Assembly (NCBI RefSeq): GCF_964188315.1
Contig: NC_135670.1
Location: forward strand, 4,774,001 to 4,838,000
From: Podarcis muralis
Taxonomy: Eukaryota
Direction of reading: 5' to 3'
DNA length: 64,000 nucleotides
Shown: positions 1 through 13,800 of the stretch, in pieces
Layout: each line of letters starts with the position of its first letter
How positions within the stretch are numbered: position 1 is the first letter of the stretch
Translations under genes and position numbers: made by a program
Notes under the pieces: generated by a model
Database searches by the model: none
Told to the model about the DNA's origin: nothing
Seen by the model: only the letters and a program-made list of their open reading frames with translations

Positions 1-823
1 GTTATTAGTATTTTCCACACAACAACACGAAAAATATTGAAAAATAACAATACACAAAACACAAAAACACAACATTCAAAAAACAAAAAAACCACAAATC
101 CATATCTTACAAGTTAATAATATAAACACTAAAAAGAAAAACAAACGTTGACTTCCACCAGTCCCACAGCACCTCCTTTACCTCTCTTTGTGTCTTCCTG
201 TTTTCCTGATCATCTCTATCCTAACATCTAGATATAAATCCCTCTTTCTTATCCTTTCACTTCACAAGGCTATTCCAGACTCAGACAGATTTCTGCCCTC
301 GAACCTTGACTTTGAAGGTATTTCATTTAGGCACTTTTTTTACTTCACTTTTGGGTTTTTTCCTTATTATGCCTGTCAATTTGGCTAATTCTAAATATTC
401 TGAAAGCTTACATAACCACTGGGAACTGTAGATTGTGAAGGGTGCTGAGACCCTCTGTTCCCACCAGAGAAACAACTCCCAGAATTCCCTGGAAAGAAGG
501 AACCGGCTGTTAAACCACGCTGGGAACCATCGCTGTCTCCTGCAGGACCGAGTTCCCAAGTTTAACTCGGCGCTGTGTGGAGAAGCACTCCTTTTATCTG
601 TCCTGAATACTCCAAAGCCCATGAGTTCCAATGTTATGAGAGAGGGAGGAAAACATTTCTCTCTGCCCTTTCTCCATGCCATGCAGAATTTGATAAGACT
701 CCTCTATCACATCACCTCTCGCCTGCCGTTTTCTCTAAACCAACAAGGCTCAAACACTTGAAATCCCTGCAGCCATATGGTCTAGAAACTTGGGTTTTTA
801 ATTTTTTAAAAAAACTAAAGCTA

Positions 824-1211
824 CCGTAGTTTTCGCTTTATAGGATGCACCCGACCATAGGATGCACCTTGTTTTAGAAGGGGAGAACAAGAAAAATAAT
901 AATTCCCCCCCTCTCTGCTCAGCGCCCCTTCAGCGAAGCGGCAGGAGAAACGGAGCCCCTTCCATTTCTCTTCCCACTTCGCTGAAGGGGCGCTGCGCAG
1001 CTCTCCCTCTCTGCTAAAGCTGGGAGAGTCTTGCTCTCCAGGCTTCAGCGAAAGCAATGCGTAGCCTCTGGAGCGTGGAGGGAGCGCTTCCCTCTGCGCT
1101 TTGGAGGCTTCGCATTGCTATCACTGAAGCCAAGGAGCCTGCATTCGCTCCATACATTTCCCCTTAATTTTTGGAGGGGGAAAAGTGCGTCCTATAGAGT
1201 GAAAAATACAG
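824..1211. mobile_element. Tc1/mariner (Tc2-like) MITE
   Basis: TIRs CCGTAGTTTTCGCTTTATAGGA / TCCTATAGAGTGAAAAATACAG with TA flanks. Related copies at 4466-4726, 12849-13106, 36062-37341 (interrupted) and 53205-53461. Confidence 0.8.
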
Positions 1212-1224
1212 TATTTGCTTAGGT

Positions 1225-1709
1225 CAGGGGTCTGCAACCCGCGGCTCCGGAGCTGCATGTGGCTCTTTTACACCTTTGCCGCGGCTCTGGGGCGGATACT
1301 AGCGAGGGGAGGAGGCGCATTGTGCGCCCCGACACTCCCCACTGTGGCGGGCGCTGTACTGGCTGTGACGTCGCATGGGGGCGGTGCGTGCGTTAGTCAC
1401 GCACCGTCCCGACGTCACCTTCCCGCCCGCCCGCCCGCTACATTGTAAGGGGCATGTAGGCTGGTCACTGCATTGAAAGGGGGCATGTACGCTGGTCACT
1501 GTTTTGAAGGGCAGTGAAGAACAGACGCACAAAAAAGGTAACTTGTTAATTTAACTTTATTTCTATGAGGAGCAGTAATTCTGAGGGGTCAAACAAAGAA
1601 ATAATAAAAAAGTTATTTTTATAATGACGAGTTTTGCGGCTCCCAGCTTTTTTCCCCTTCGGAAACGGGTCCAAGTGGCTCTTTTTGTCTTAAAGGTTGC
1701 AGACCCCTG
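1225..1709. mobile_element. hAT (Charlie-like) MITE
   Basis: TIRs CAGGGGTCTGCAAC; perfect 8-bp TSD GCTTAGGT. Confidence 0.9.
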
Positions 1710-1849
1710 GCTTAGGTCAAGCAAGCTGTTTCTGCTCCTACCCATGCCTGTATAAACCCAGGTGGGCTTGGGGTGTGTGTGTGTGTGTGTGTCTGTTTTA
1801 GCTATTGCCCTGCACCCGTTCCTCTCCCACACAGAAGTGCGACCCTCAC

Positions 1850-4800
1850 ATGACAGGCAGGTGACGATGCTCCTCAGGGAACCTCCGGCGGTGAAGAAGG
1901 CCCAGACGCCCATGGAGAAAGTGATGATGAAGATGGGGATGAGGCTGGCTTCGTAGCAAGGGTTTAGAAATGTCTGTGGAGATGGGAGAGAAAGAGAGGA
2001 TTTCAGAACAAAGGATTTCAGACTGCAATACTTCTGCTCCATATAATAATAATAATAATTTATTATTTATACCCCGCCCATCTGGCTGGCTTTCCCTAGC
2101 CACTTTGGGTGGCTCCCAACAGAATATTAAAATACAACAGTCTATTAAACATTAAAAGTTTCCCGAAACATATTAAAATACTAAAATATTAAAATACTAT
2201 AATACATAAAACATTAAAAGCTTCCCGAAACAGGGCTGCCTTCAGATGTCTTCTAAAAGTCTGGTAGTTGTTTTTCTCTTTGACATCTGGTGGGAGGGCG
2301 TTCCACAGGGCAGGTGCCACCACCGAGAAGACCCTCTGCCTGGTTCCCTGTAACTTGGCTTCTCGCAGTGAGGGAACCGCCAGAAGGCCCTCGGAGATGG
2401 ACCTCAGTGTCCGGGCAGATTGATGGGGGTGGAGACGCTCCTTCAGGTATACTGGACCGAGGCCGTTTAGGGTTTTAAAGGTCAGCACCAACACTTTGAA
2501 TTGTGCTCGGAAACGTACTGGGAGCCAATGTAGGTCTTTCAAGACCAGTGTTATGTGGTCTCAGCGGCCGCTCCCAGTCACCAGTCTAGCTGCCGCGTTC
2601 TGGATTAGTTGTAGCTTCCGGGTCACCTTCAACGGGAGCCCCATGTAGAGCGCATTGCAGTAGTCCAAGCAGGAGATAACTAGAGCATGCACCAGTCTGG
2701 CGAGACAGTCCGCGGGCAGGGAGGGTCTTAGCCTATGTACCAAATGGAGCTCCAAATCCAGTCTTTAGCTGTGGTTCCTGCATTGCACGGAGTTGGCTGG
2801 ATGACCTAGGGAGGGCCCTTCCAGCTCTATGATCTGATCCTGTATCCTCTCCTTGCGGTTGCTGCCAATCCCTTCCACATCCCATAAACCTCTTCAAAGC
2901 AGGCAGCCCAGGCTCGTCTCCACGGCAACTGCGGCTGACCGATGTGGCTTAGGGGATAATTCCCTGCTGTTCTAGAAGGCCAGATGGTTTTCATGTGACT
3001 GCAAATCTCACATTTAACGTCCTCCCACCAGCCTCTCCTCCTCCTACACTGCTAAGGAGAGGAGCGGAGCAGGTAGGGGGTGCGAGGGAAACAAATTAAG
3101 AGTCCTGCTCGCAGGCCTCACTCTCCTTTGCAACACTAGGAAAAGCACACAGGAAAGCCTTTGGAAATCTGGAGAGAGGGGTGGTTGTAACTAAGCCGGG
3201 ATCACACGTCGTTTGAGACCTTTAACACCAGAATATTTTTTTAAAGGGGTGTGGGAATAAAACTATTCACGTTCCTGTGTGAATTCAATATTCACTATTA
3301 AATGGAGAAATCCCCACCTCACACCAACAATAAACAACAGGATAAAGGGACAGTATAAAAACAAAGCAAGTGGCCTACAGGATCAGGCCCATCTTGTCCA
3401 GCACCGTGTTCTCACCCAATGCCTGTGGCAAACCCACAAACAGAATTCGGGCACAAGAGAATCTCTCTCCTGCTGCAGTGTCCAGCAATTGGAGTTTAGA
3501 GATATCGCCGCCTCCGGCCGTGGAGGTAGAACGTAACCATTGTGCCTCGTGGCCACTGATAGCTTCACTCTATGAATTTGTCCAGTCCTTCTTTAAAGCC
3601 ACCCAACTTAGTGGCCATCACTGCCTCCTGTTGGAGCGAGTTCCATAGTCTATGCACTGCGTGAAGAAGCACTTTATCTGTCCTGAACCTTCCAGTGTTC
3701 AACTTCATTGGATATTCCCAAGTTCTAAGGATACGAAAGAGAGAGATAGAAGCTATTCTCTAAACCTTTGGGCCCATCTAGTTCAGTCGGGATGCGGGTA
3801 GCACTGTGGGTTAAACCACAGAGCCTAGGACTTGCCGATCAGAAGGTTGGTGGTTCGAATCCCCGCGACTGGATGAGCTCCCGTTGCTCGGTCCCTGCTC
3901 CTGCCCACCTAGCAGTTCAAAAGCACGTCAAAGTGCAAGTAGATAAATAGGTACCGCTCTGGCGGGAAGGTAAACGGCATTTCCGTGCGCTGCTCTGGTT
4001 CGCCAGAAGCGGCTTAGTCCTGCTGGCCACATGACCTGGAAGCTGTACGCCAGCTCCCTCGGCCAATAAAGCGAGATGAGCGCTGCAACCCCAGAGTCGG
4101 CCACGACTGGACCTAATGGTCAGGGGTCCCTTTACCTTTACTTAGCTCAGTATCATCTACACTGACTGTTTCAGTTCTCCAGAGTTTCAGACAAGATGTC
4201 TTTCCCAGCCTTACCTGACCATGCAGAAGTTTGAACCTAGGACTTTCTGCATGCAAAGCAGTTGACCCACCACCAAGCTGTGGACCTTCCCTTAAAAATA
4301 ATAGCAAGATTCTAATCCCCATGGTTCCGGAGAGGTCAATAGGAAGCTGCCCTGTACCAAACCAGACCATTTGTCCATCTAGTATTATCTATGCCAACTG
4401 GCAGCAGATCTCCAGAGTTTTAGGTAGGGACATTCCCAGCCTGCTTCTACACAGGAAACCAAATACCATATTTTTTGCTCTATAAGACTCACTTTCTCCC
4501 TCTTAAAAAGAAAGGGGAAATGTGTGTGCATCTTATGGAGTGAATGCAGGCTGCGCAGCTATCCCAGAAGCCAGAACAGCAAGAGGAATCGCTGCTTTCG
4601 CTGCGCAGCGATCCCTCTTGCTGTTCTGGCTTCTGGGATTCAGAATAGGTATTTTTTCTTGTTTTCCTCCTCCAAAAACTAGGTGCATCTTATGGTCTGG
4701 TGCGTCTTATAGAGCGAAAAATACGGTATGTCCCTGCATGTAGAAAGCTATCACCTTTCACCTTCAGCATGTTAATTTTCTCTGTGCCGGGATTATTGGT

Positions 4801-7800
4801 TTGTTTACTTTCAATGGAGGATCACTCTTCATGCTGAATGTGGGGATTCATTCATCTGATTGGATTCTCCTCTAATAAAGGATGTGGGGGAGGAAGGGAA
4901 AGGACATTGTTAGCCGCTTTGAGACTCCTTAAGGTAAAAGTAAAGGGACCCCTGACCGCTAGGTCCAGTCGTGGCCGACTCTGGGGTTGCGGCGCTCATC
5001 TCGCTTTACTGGCCGAGGGAGCCGGCGTACAGCTTCCGGGTCATGTGGCCAGCAGGACTAAGCCGCTTCTGGTGAACCAGAGCAGCGCACGGAAATGCCA
5101 TTTACCTTCCCGCCGGAGTGGTACCTATTTATCTACTTGCACTTTGACGTGCTTTTGAACTGCTAGGTGGGCAGGAGCAGGGACCGAGCAACGGGAGCTC
5201 ACTGCCGACCTTCTGATTGGCAAGTCCTAGGCTCTGTGGTTTAACACACAGCGCCACCCGTGTCCCTTAATTAAATACTACAGTGGTTCCCCGGGTTACA
5301 TACGCTTCAGGTTACAGACTCTGCTAACCCAGACATAGTGCTTCAGGTTAAGAACTTTGCTTCAGGATAAGAACAGAAATCGTGCTCCGGCTGCGCGGCA
5401 GCAGCAGCAGGAGGCCCCATTAGCTAAAGTGGTGCTTCAACACGCCACCCTTGAGACTCCTTAAGGCGAGTGAAAGGCAGGATATCAAGTCCAAACTCTT
5501 CTTCTTCTTCTTGCGAGAGGGAGTTCCGTAGTTTAACCCACGCACTGCGTGAAGAAACATGCAGGAGTGTTCCTGCATCCATGTCTTCTCTGCAAGTTTC
5601 CCTTTCCGGTGTCTGCTCATCCACTGTGAGAACAGCATGCTGGATTAGATGAGCCACTAACCTCACCCAGCTAGAGGGCTCTTCTGACTTTCTTATGGAA
5701 CCTCCAGCTCCAGTAGCAGTCTATCTCGATCCTTCGTTCTCGGGGGCATTCGGCCACTGCGAGACCAGGACGCTGGAATAGACTGGGGCCTGATCCAACA
5801 GTGCTCTCCTGACGTTCCGATGTAACACGGATCATTCTACTCACCAAGCCGGACGTGACCAGGTGACTGATGACCACCAACGCCAGAGTCCAGTAGCGGC
5901 CCTTCTCGCAGGCGTCAAAGAAGATTGTGCCCCAGAACGTGTGTAGGAAAACCAGCGCCATCGTGAGGAAGGCTGGAAGGAGGAGGGCGGGAGAATGGTC
6001 AAGCCATATTGCGTCAAGTACGATTTACGCTGTTTCTCAAAATCGGTGGTTTGGCAGTCTGTTCCGTGTGGACAGTGCCAGTTTAGAGAAACATTTGACA
6101 ATCTTTTTTGGACTGTCAAGTGGCCAGCAGCCCAGGTAGGGCTGCGATTGTCCCATTACTGGAGAGCCTTTATTAGTCAGGGTGGAGCAGGGCAGGGGAA
6201 AGTTTGGCCATCCAGATAATTTTGGACAGCAACTCCCATTAGCCAACAATCAGAGATGATGGATGCGTGTTTTATTTAATCTACTGTTAAACATATATCC
6301 TTCCTCCCAAAGGCAGGAGTGATTGGACTTCTTAAAATCAATCCCACTACACACCGAAGACTAGGAAAGATCTCTTCTAGACAAAAAAAAGGTTATTTAC
6401 GTATGCTACTACTACTGCGGCCCGTGTTTCGTTAGCCCCAAAATGGAAAACGAGCGAGGTCCCAAGCAAAGAAGAATGGGAACTTAAACTGATGGAATAC
6501 AGTATGCGCAGCTTGCAGACCTAACTTATAGCATAAGAGAACAAGAAGAACATATGTATAAAGAAGATTGGAAAACGTTTATTGAATATGTGGGGGGAAT
6601 TTGAAAATGCTGGCAGCATTAAGATAAATTCAATAGTGTAAATAAGCTTTGATGGGGGCAATAATAGAATACTGAATGGTTTCGTTTTTATAAAATGCAG
6701 GGATTTATGTTATGCAAAATGAACCATGGAAAGAGAAGAAGGGAAGTCATTGATATTTTAAGCATGTTTAAATGAATGTTTTAAATTGTAAAATTTATAA
6801 ATAAAAGGAAAGATCTGTTCTTGGACAGCTTGCAGGAAGGGGAAGGTACGCAGCATGCGCCAAAAACTCAACAGAGAAAGCACCTCTCCAATATTTAGCA
6901 GGTCAGAATTCCAAATGAGAGATGCCACAACCTTGAAGGCCCTGTTTCTCTATTGCAGGCACCCCCAAACTTGGCCCTCCAGATGTTTTGGGACTACAAT
7001 TCCCATCATCCTTAGCTAACAGGACCAGTGGCCAGGGATGATGGGAATTGTAGTCCCAAAAAACATGTGGAGCGCCGAGATTGGGGATGTCTGCTCTATT
7101 GTATGGAATAGGCCTCCTGATAAGCTGGTTATCCTCACCTGTGGAGTGCAGGTGTCTGTCAGGTATATAAGGGCTGAGACCATTCTACATGTTCTCTTTT
7201 AGGATTCTAGAGGGCCATAGGTTTCCCCCACCCATAGGGAACACTGAGAACTTAGATGGACCCCAGAGGTCAATGGCCTTCCTATGTCCCCGAAAGTCAC
7301 CTTAAGTGATTTTTTTTATTTTTATTTTACCAAAAACCAAAAAGTGAAAACAAACAATGAAACCCCCCAGGTGGCTGATACGTTGGGTATACATAATCAA
7401 TGATAACATATTCAAATCAACTATATGCACAATTCTATATACCTTAACACTCCTCTCTCCACAAGGTTTATCTAATTTTTAACATTTTAATTGCCCCAAT
7501 TTGTTCAAACCTGCCCAAATAATTCAGTATCTTCTCAAACCAATCCTCCTCCTTCTCACTGACCTTAAACCCTTTCATTTTTTGTATCTTCACAGTTAGA
7601 TATTCTAGGATTATAATATTTTTCAATTTTTCCCTCCATTGGTTCACCCCTAGCTCTTCTGCATTTTTCCAGTTACTCGCTATAACCTGTCTGGCTGCAA
7701 TTACCATCAATTTTACCCATTTACAATTCTCTTTTGTTTCTAACTCGGTGCCACTCAGGCTAATAAGAACCATTAATTTAGATATTTCCACCTTCCTACC

Positions 7801-10800
7801 CACAATTCCTGATATTTCTATACCAATCTGTTTCCGGAATTCATTAACTAACAGACAATCCCACCACATATGACCCACCACTCCACATTTCATCCAGCAA
7901 TTCTTACTCCCAGATTTTGTAATATGATATAACCTTACAGGTGTGTAATACCTGAAGTGATGAAGTAATGGGGCGAATCTCCATGGATTCCCACGGTGCC
8001 TGGTCCAATAGAGTCTGCAAGGATGTTGATGACGGAGAAGACCCCGCTGATTATTCCAAAGGAGAGACCCGACACTGCGGAAGAGAGTACGAAGGACAAA
8101 CCAAATTTCACAGCACTCTGAGAACGTTTATTGCTATGCCGTGCCTCATTGTACAGGACATCACTTTCCAAACTAGCAGCCACCAACGTGAGAGCCGTTT
8201 ATAATGGAATTTGCATGCACAGAGGAAGGACAACTCAAGAGGTCTGAATAAGTCAGCTAGAAAAATTAACCAATAAACTGAAACTGACACGGGGACAAAC
8301 AGAAGACGACGCCTTTACCCCGGTATGGCTCCCCTTTATCACATACACAGCCCAACAAGACAACGACAATAATCCACCAACAGCATACAAATCAATAGGG
8401 CTAACCTGATCCAAAACACCCACCCGCCCCACTCACACACGAAAACAAAGATCACCACAGCCAATCACAAACAAACAACCACGCCCTAGGCCAGGGGTCT
8501 GCAACCCGCGGCTCCGGAGCTGCATGTGGCTCTTTTACACCTTTGCCGTAATACTAGCGGATACTAGCGAGGGGAGGAGGCACATTGTGCGCCCCGACAC
8601 TCCCCACTGTGGCAGGCGCTGTACTGGCTGTGACGTTGCATGGGGGCGGTGCGTGCGTTAGTCACGCACCGTCCCTTGTAAGGGGCATGTACACTGGTCA
8701 CTGCATTGAAAGGGGGCATGTACGCTGGTCACTGTTTTGAAGGGGAGTGAAGAACACACACACAAAAAAAGGTAACTTGTTAATTTAACGTTTATTTCTA
8801 TGAGGAGGAGTAATTCTGAGGGGTCAAACAAAGAAATAATTTTAAAAAGTGATAAAAAAGTTATTTTTATAATGACGAGTTTTGCGGCTCCCAGTTTTTT
8901 TCCCTTTGGAAACGGGTCCAAGTGGCTCTTTTTGTCTTAAAGGTTGCAGACCCCTGGCCTAGGCCAACCGCAACCTCTCTCACCACCAAAGGAACACAAG
9001 TGAACAGTACAAGCAATGCTGATACCAAACCCTACATTCATTAAGCATAACAGAAACATCGCCACCCGACTCCACCCCCACCCATCTTCCCTCCCTCCAC
9101 CCCTTCTTTTTTTTCTCCCCCTAATGTCTCAACAAATGAAACGGATTTGTAAAAATGTTACATGGAAAAAATATGAGAGACATTACACTTACTTCTGTAA
9201 AACAAGAAAACCTTTAATAAAAAATTTAATAAATGAATGAATGAATGAATAAGTCAGCAAAGTTGTTATTTCACTTGGGAGGGGCCGCTGTGAAAATGGA
9301 ACTTTAAAGGAAACCAAATTCTGAAGTGTGAAGGGCTTCTGCTTTAGCTTTGTCGGTTACAGGCGGCTGCTTTTTAAGGCCAGAAAAGGGCTCTTGGTCC
9401 AAGCTAGCAAAAAAAAAAAAAAAAAAAAAAAAAAGGGACATCTGGATTCTACAAGGAGGAACAGTTTCAGTGACAGTTGTGGCGCACGTAGGGAGACAGA
9501 CATGCAGGAAAGGGAACAGCCAGCAATTCGCTCACCATATGCCATCTGCTTGATCGAGATGGGAGACCGGCCGTCTTCGCTGATGGTCACCAGCCCTTCG
9601 TCAGCTTTCCTGAGGGCAGGATGCAAAAAGAAAGCAGGAAATGGGTCGGCGGTTTGTGAGGCAGAGACAGTCATGAGATTTTTATAGCATAGAGTTGGAA
9701 GAGGCATCAAAGGTTGGGTAGCCCAACCTCTGGCAATGGAGGAATCACAACTAAATAATCCCCGACTGCCTCTTTAAAAACTTCCATGTTTACCCAACAG
9801 CTCCTCGGTTCCGACTCTTTAATTTTGTTTTTCTTTTGAATCATACTCCATTTTATTTGCGATGCACTGCTGCATTTCCCCCTGCCATCTTTTATTTAGG
9901 AAATTTCAGTGAGCAATTGTTTTCCATTTGTTTATTAGTTTTATCTCACAGTATCTCCTTTTATGAACAGACTCCAATTTTATGTTTTGATTTATTGTAT
10001 CCTTTGTGCGTATATAAAGGAGATGGATGGATCAATTTACTTTTATTTATTCAACAAGGTTTATACACACCACTTGATTGTAATAAAAAACCTTTGAGTG
10101 GTTTCTTTTTTTTAAAAAAAAAGGACGCCGCATTAAATTTATCAATAAAAGACCATTATAAAAATGGACCACAGAAAGAGGGAGAAGGAAGTCAAATTTT
10201 GAAGTGTTAAATTGATTGTAAAACTAATGGAAGGCATAAATTTGAAAAGTATAAATAAAAAACTAAAATAAAAATTGGCAATATTTGCCACAGCTTAGCA
10301 AGGCACTCTTACTTGAGGAGCTTGAAGTACGCGAAGCGGAAGGCTTCCTGGAGCAAGACCGAGACAGCCGCCCCGAACATCAAAAGGCCGTACTGTAAAC
10401 GCCCATCTTCCCGGTCGCTCAGATGCACCGAAATAAACCATATCAAAGAGGCCAGGAGCAGGGAGACCAGCCAGAAAAAGGCCCTGGATAGACAACGAGA
10501 GAAATAAAAGGACATTAACTGTTATCAACCGGTATCTTGGTTCTCAAACTTAATCCGTTCCGGAAGTCCGTTCCAAAACCAAAGCGTTCCAAAACCAAGG
10601 CACGCTTTCCCATAGAAAGCAATGCAAAATGGATTAATCCGTTCCAGACTTTTAAAAACAACCCCTAAAACAGCAATTTAACGTGAATTTTACTATCCAA
10701 CGAGACCATTGACCCATAAAATGAAAGGAATAATCAATGTACTGTGCTATAAAATAAATAAGACAGTATTTCAGGTGATAAAAATTAAATTTTACTTTTT

Positions 10801-13800
10801 TTCTTAACTGCATTCACTGATGATAGTCATTGTTTGGTTGGGGGGGCTTTTATCCATTTCCACAGTCACACAATCAATCAATCAATCAATCAATCAGTAG
10901 CTGAGCTGGGTTCCACACAAAAACAAATTAACTGAAAAAAGCCTCTAAATAAATAAATAAATAGCAAAAACAAAAGCGCCAAACTTAATCAGTTCCGGAA
11001 ATGTCTGTTAGACTTCCAAAATGTTCAAAAACCAAGGCGCAGCTTCGGATTGGTTCAGGTGCCCTGGAAACAATAACCAACAGCTGCGTTGGACGTTTGG
11101 CTTCTGAAAAATGTTCGAAAACCGGAACACTTACTTCCGGGTTTTTGGCGTTTGAGAACCAAGGTACCACTTTACTCTGAACTTTGGGAGAAGAGATTCA
11201 CACCAGGATAACCCACTTTTTGCAACCTTTTAAAATCATGAGCTACTACGCAGAATTTTTTCTGCTTGGCGGGAAGAAGCTAAGGCCAACAGTCATCAAA
11301 ATTTGGGCCCCTCCAGATGTTCCAGACTACCGCTGGGGCTGATGGGAGTTGTAGTTCAAAACAGCTGCAAGGCCTCAGGCTGACAACAGCTGAGTTGAAC
11401 AGCCCCTCTCCCATGCCTGTACCACTTGCCAGAAACCCCCACCCTGTCAAGCCTTAACCCGGTTATTTAAATCAGGGTGGATTTGATTTAAAATCAAATC
11501 GAATTAAATCACGATTTAAATCACTAGTCAGTAAGACATGATTTAAATCTTTTTTTTTTCTTTTTAGAAAGACTCATTCTTGCTGGTATAATCTTAACAT
11601 TTACAACCAGATGAAGTTTTCATTTTTTGAATAATAAATTTTCAGAGTAGTTTTTTATAGTAATATCCAAAATTTCTGATTTGGTTTATACTATGATTAG
11701 AAATAGATAGACAGATAATTATGAAATTATTGTGAGGTTTAATAAGTGAACTGTTTATATTTGGACAATTTTTCTGATGTACTTTATTGGAAGGAAAAAA
11801 ATTCTTTAAGGCTGTCATGCGCCGATGATGTATCTAACTTCTCTCCTCTGAGCTATCTAAGGGAAGTTTGGTCAGATGCAAACCTTTGTCATGTGCTCCA
11901 TTGCAGGAAGGAAGGAAGGAATGCAATGCAGGCTTTGGGGTTGTTGTTTTTTTGTAAATAAACAGCAGAACTGGAAAATCTAGATTTGCAGAGGAGACAC
12001 ACAATGTCCCCTTTTGTCAACCAAAGGTGCTTTCTCACAGTTTCCAAAGGGACGTTTTGGCACCTTTGGGGCTGTGATTTTCTCAGTGGGAATAAATGCT
12101 GCAGGCGCATTTTACAAGTACAGGCTTCAAATGCAAGGAAGAGGAAGGCATCGACCCCACCTTAAAGGTAAAGGTAAAGGGACCCCTGACCATTAGGTCC
12201 AGTCGTGACCGACTCTGGGGTTGCAGCGGTCATCTCGCTTTATTGGCCGAGGGAGCCGGCGTACAGCTTCCGGGTCATGTGCCCAGCAGGACTAAGCCGC
12301 TTCTGGCGAACCAGAGCAGCGCACGGAAACGCCGTTTACCTTCCCGCCGGAGCGGTACCTATTTATCTACTTGCACTTTGACGTGCTTTCGAACTGCTAG
12401 GTTGGCAGGAGCCAGGGACCGAGCAACGGGAGCTCACCCCGTCGTGGGGATTCAAACCGCCGACCTTCTGATCGGCAAGTCCTGGGCTCTGGGGTTTAAC
12501 CCACAGCGCCACCCGCGACCCCACCTTGCTTGCTCTCAATACATCTCCAAAACTCATCATAGCAAGCTCCTGCCATCTGTAACAGAGCCTAGCATGTCGT
12601 CACCAGCAAAATGTGCTCCAGACCCGGCTTCCTACACTCTGGAGGCAATAATAAACAAGGACATGGATTGTAACTTCTGCAAAAAATAAATAAATCACAG
12701 CCAACAGGACCTGGCCCAGCAGTAGGGAACCTGCCTTGCACGCAGAAGGTCTGGGGTTAAATCTGCAACATCATTGACAAAGCAGTAAATCAATCCCTTT
12801 ATTTGGAATCATGAGGACAAGGCTGCAGCTCAGTGATAAGAGCACATACCGTATTTTTTGCTCTGTAAGACGCACCAGACCACAAGACGCACCTAGTTTT
12901 TGGAGGCGGAAAACAAGAAAAAAATTATCTGAATCTCAGAAGCCAGAACAGCAAGAGGGATCGCTGCGCAGTGAAAGCAGCAATCCCTCTTGCTGTTCTG
13001 GCTTCTGGGATAGCTGCGCAGCCTGCATTCGCTCCATAAGACGCACACACATTTCCCCTTACTTTTTAGGAGGGAAAAAGTGAGTCTTATAGAGCAAAAA
13101 ATACGGTACTTTGCACACAGGAGATCTCAGAGTGCAATCCTCAAAATCTTCAGGTGAGGCTGGGAACGTCCCACTGCCTGAAACCCCAAAGAGCTGCTGC
13201 CAGTCCGAGTGGACACTACTGAGCTAGATGGATCCAAGGGTCTGACTCTGTTTAAATCCCACTGGTCCTAAAATATGGGTTTTAAGGGAAGAGGACCCAG
13301 AGAAGACTGTGTGACTTCCAGGAGCTCTTAAGACCGACAAGCTCCTTAGAAAAACCACAAAAAAATGGTTTCTGATTATTATTTTTTAAAAAAGATGATT
13401 ATTTCCCTGCTGGGGTAGCAGCACTGATACTAAGATAGTACAGTATTTTAAACCGGATACTTTATCAGGGAGAAAGGAAGAGGAAGTGCCTGAAAAGTTA
13501 GTTAATGTCTTGGTGGGAGGGGGCGCAGGTGGGCAGAATTGGCCAATAAACTGTGGGTTATGCCCACCCACTTTGCACTGTGTTGTTGGGAGGGAGAGAG
13601 AGAGAAATATGCTTTTCTTCTCTTTTAAAAAGGACTGTTTGTTTGTTTATATTTATGAGTTGCTTCCTATAATAGCATATCAAAGCAATTTTGAGAATCG
13701 CCTTTCTATGTAAGCCGCTTAAGCGATTTCACGTCGTTGCGCGGTTATGTGCAAATAAATAAATAATCATCAAGAACTAAAATGACAGAGATTACAACGG

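Noticed and set aside
12096-12689. Long ORFs in the supplied track (e.g. 12096-12689, 36629-37132, 61126-61689)
   Set aside because: The first two overlap a SINE and a MITE; the third lies in unannotated intergenic DNA. None shows a recognisable protein motif or a supporting splice structure.
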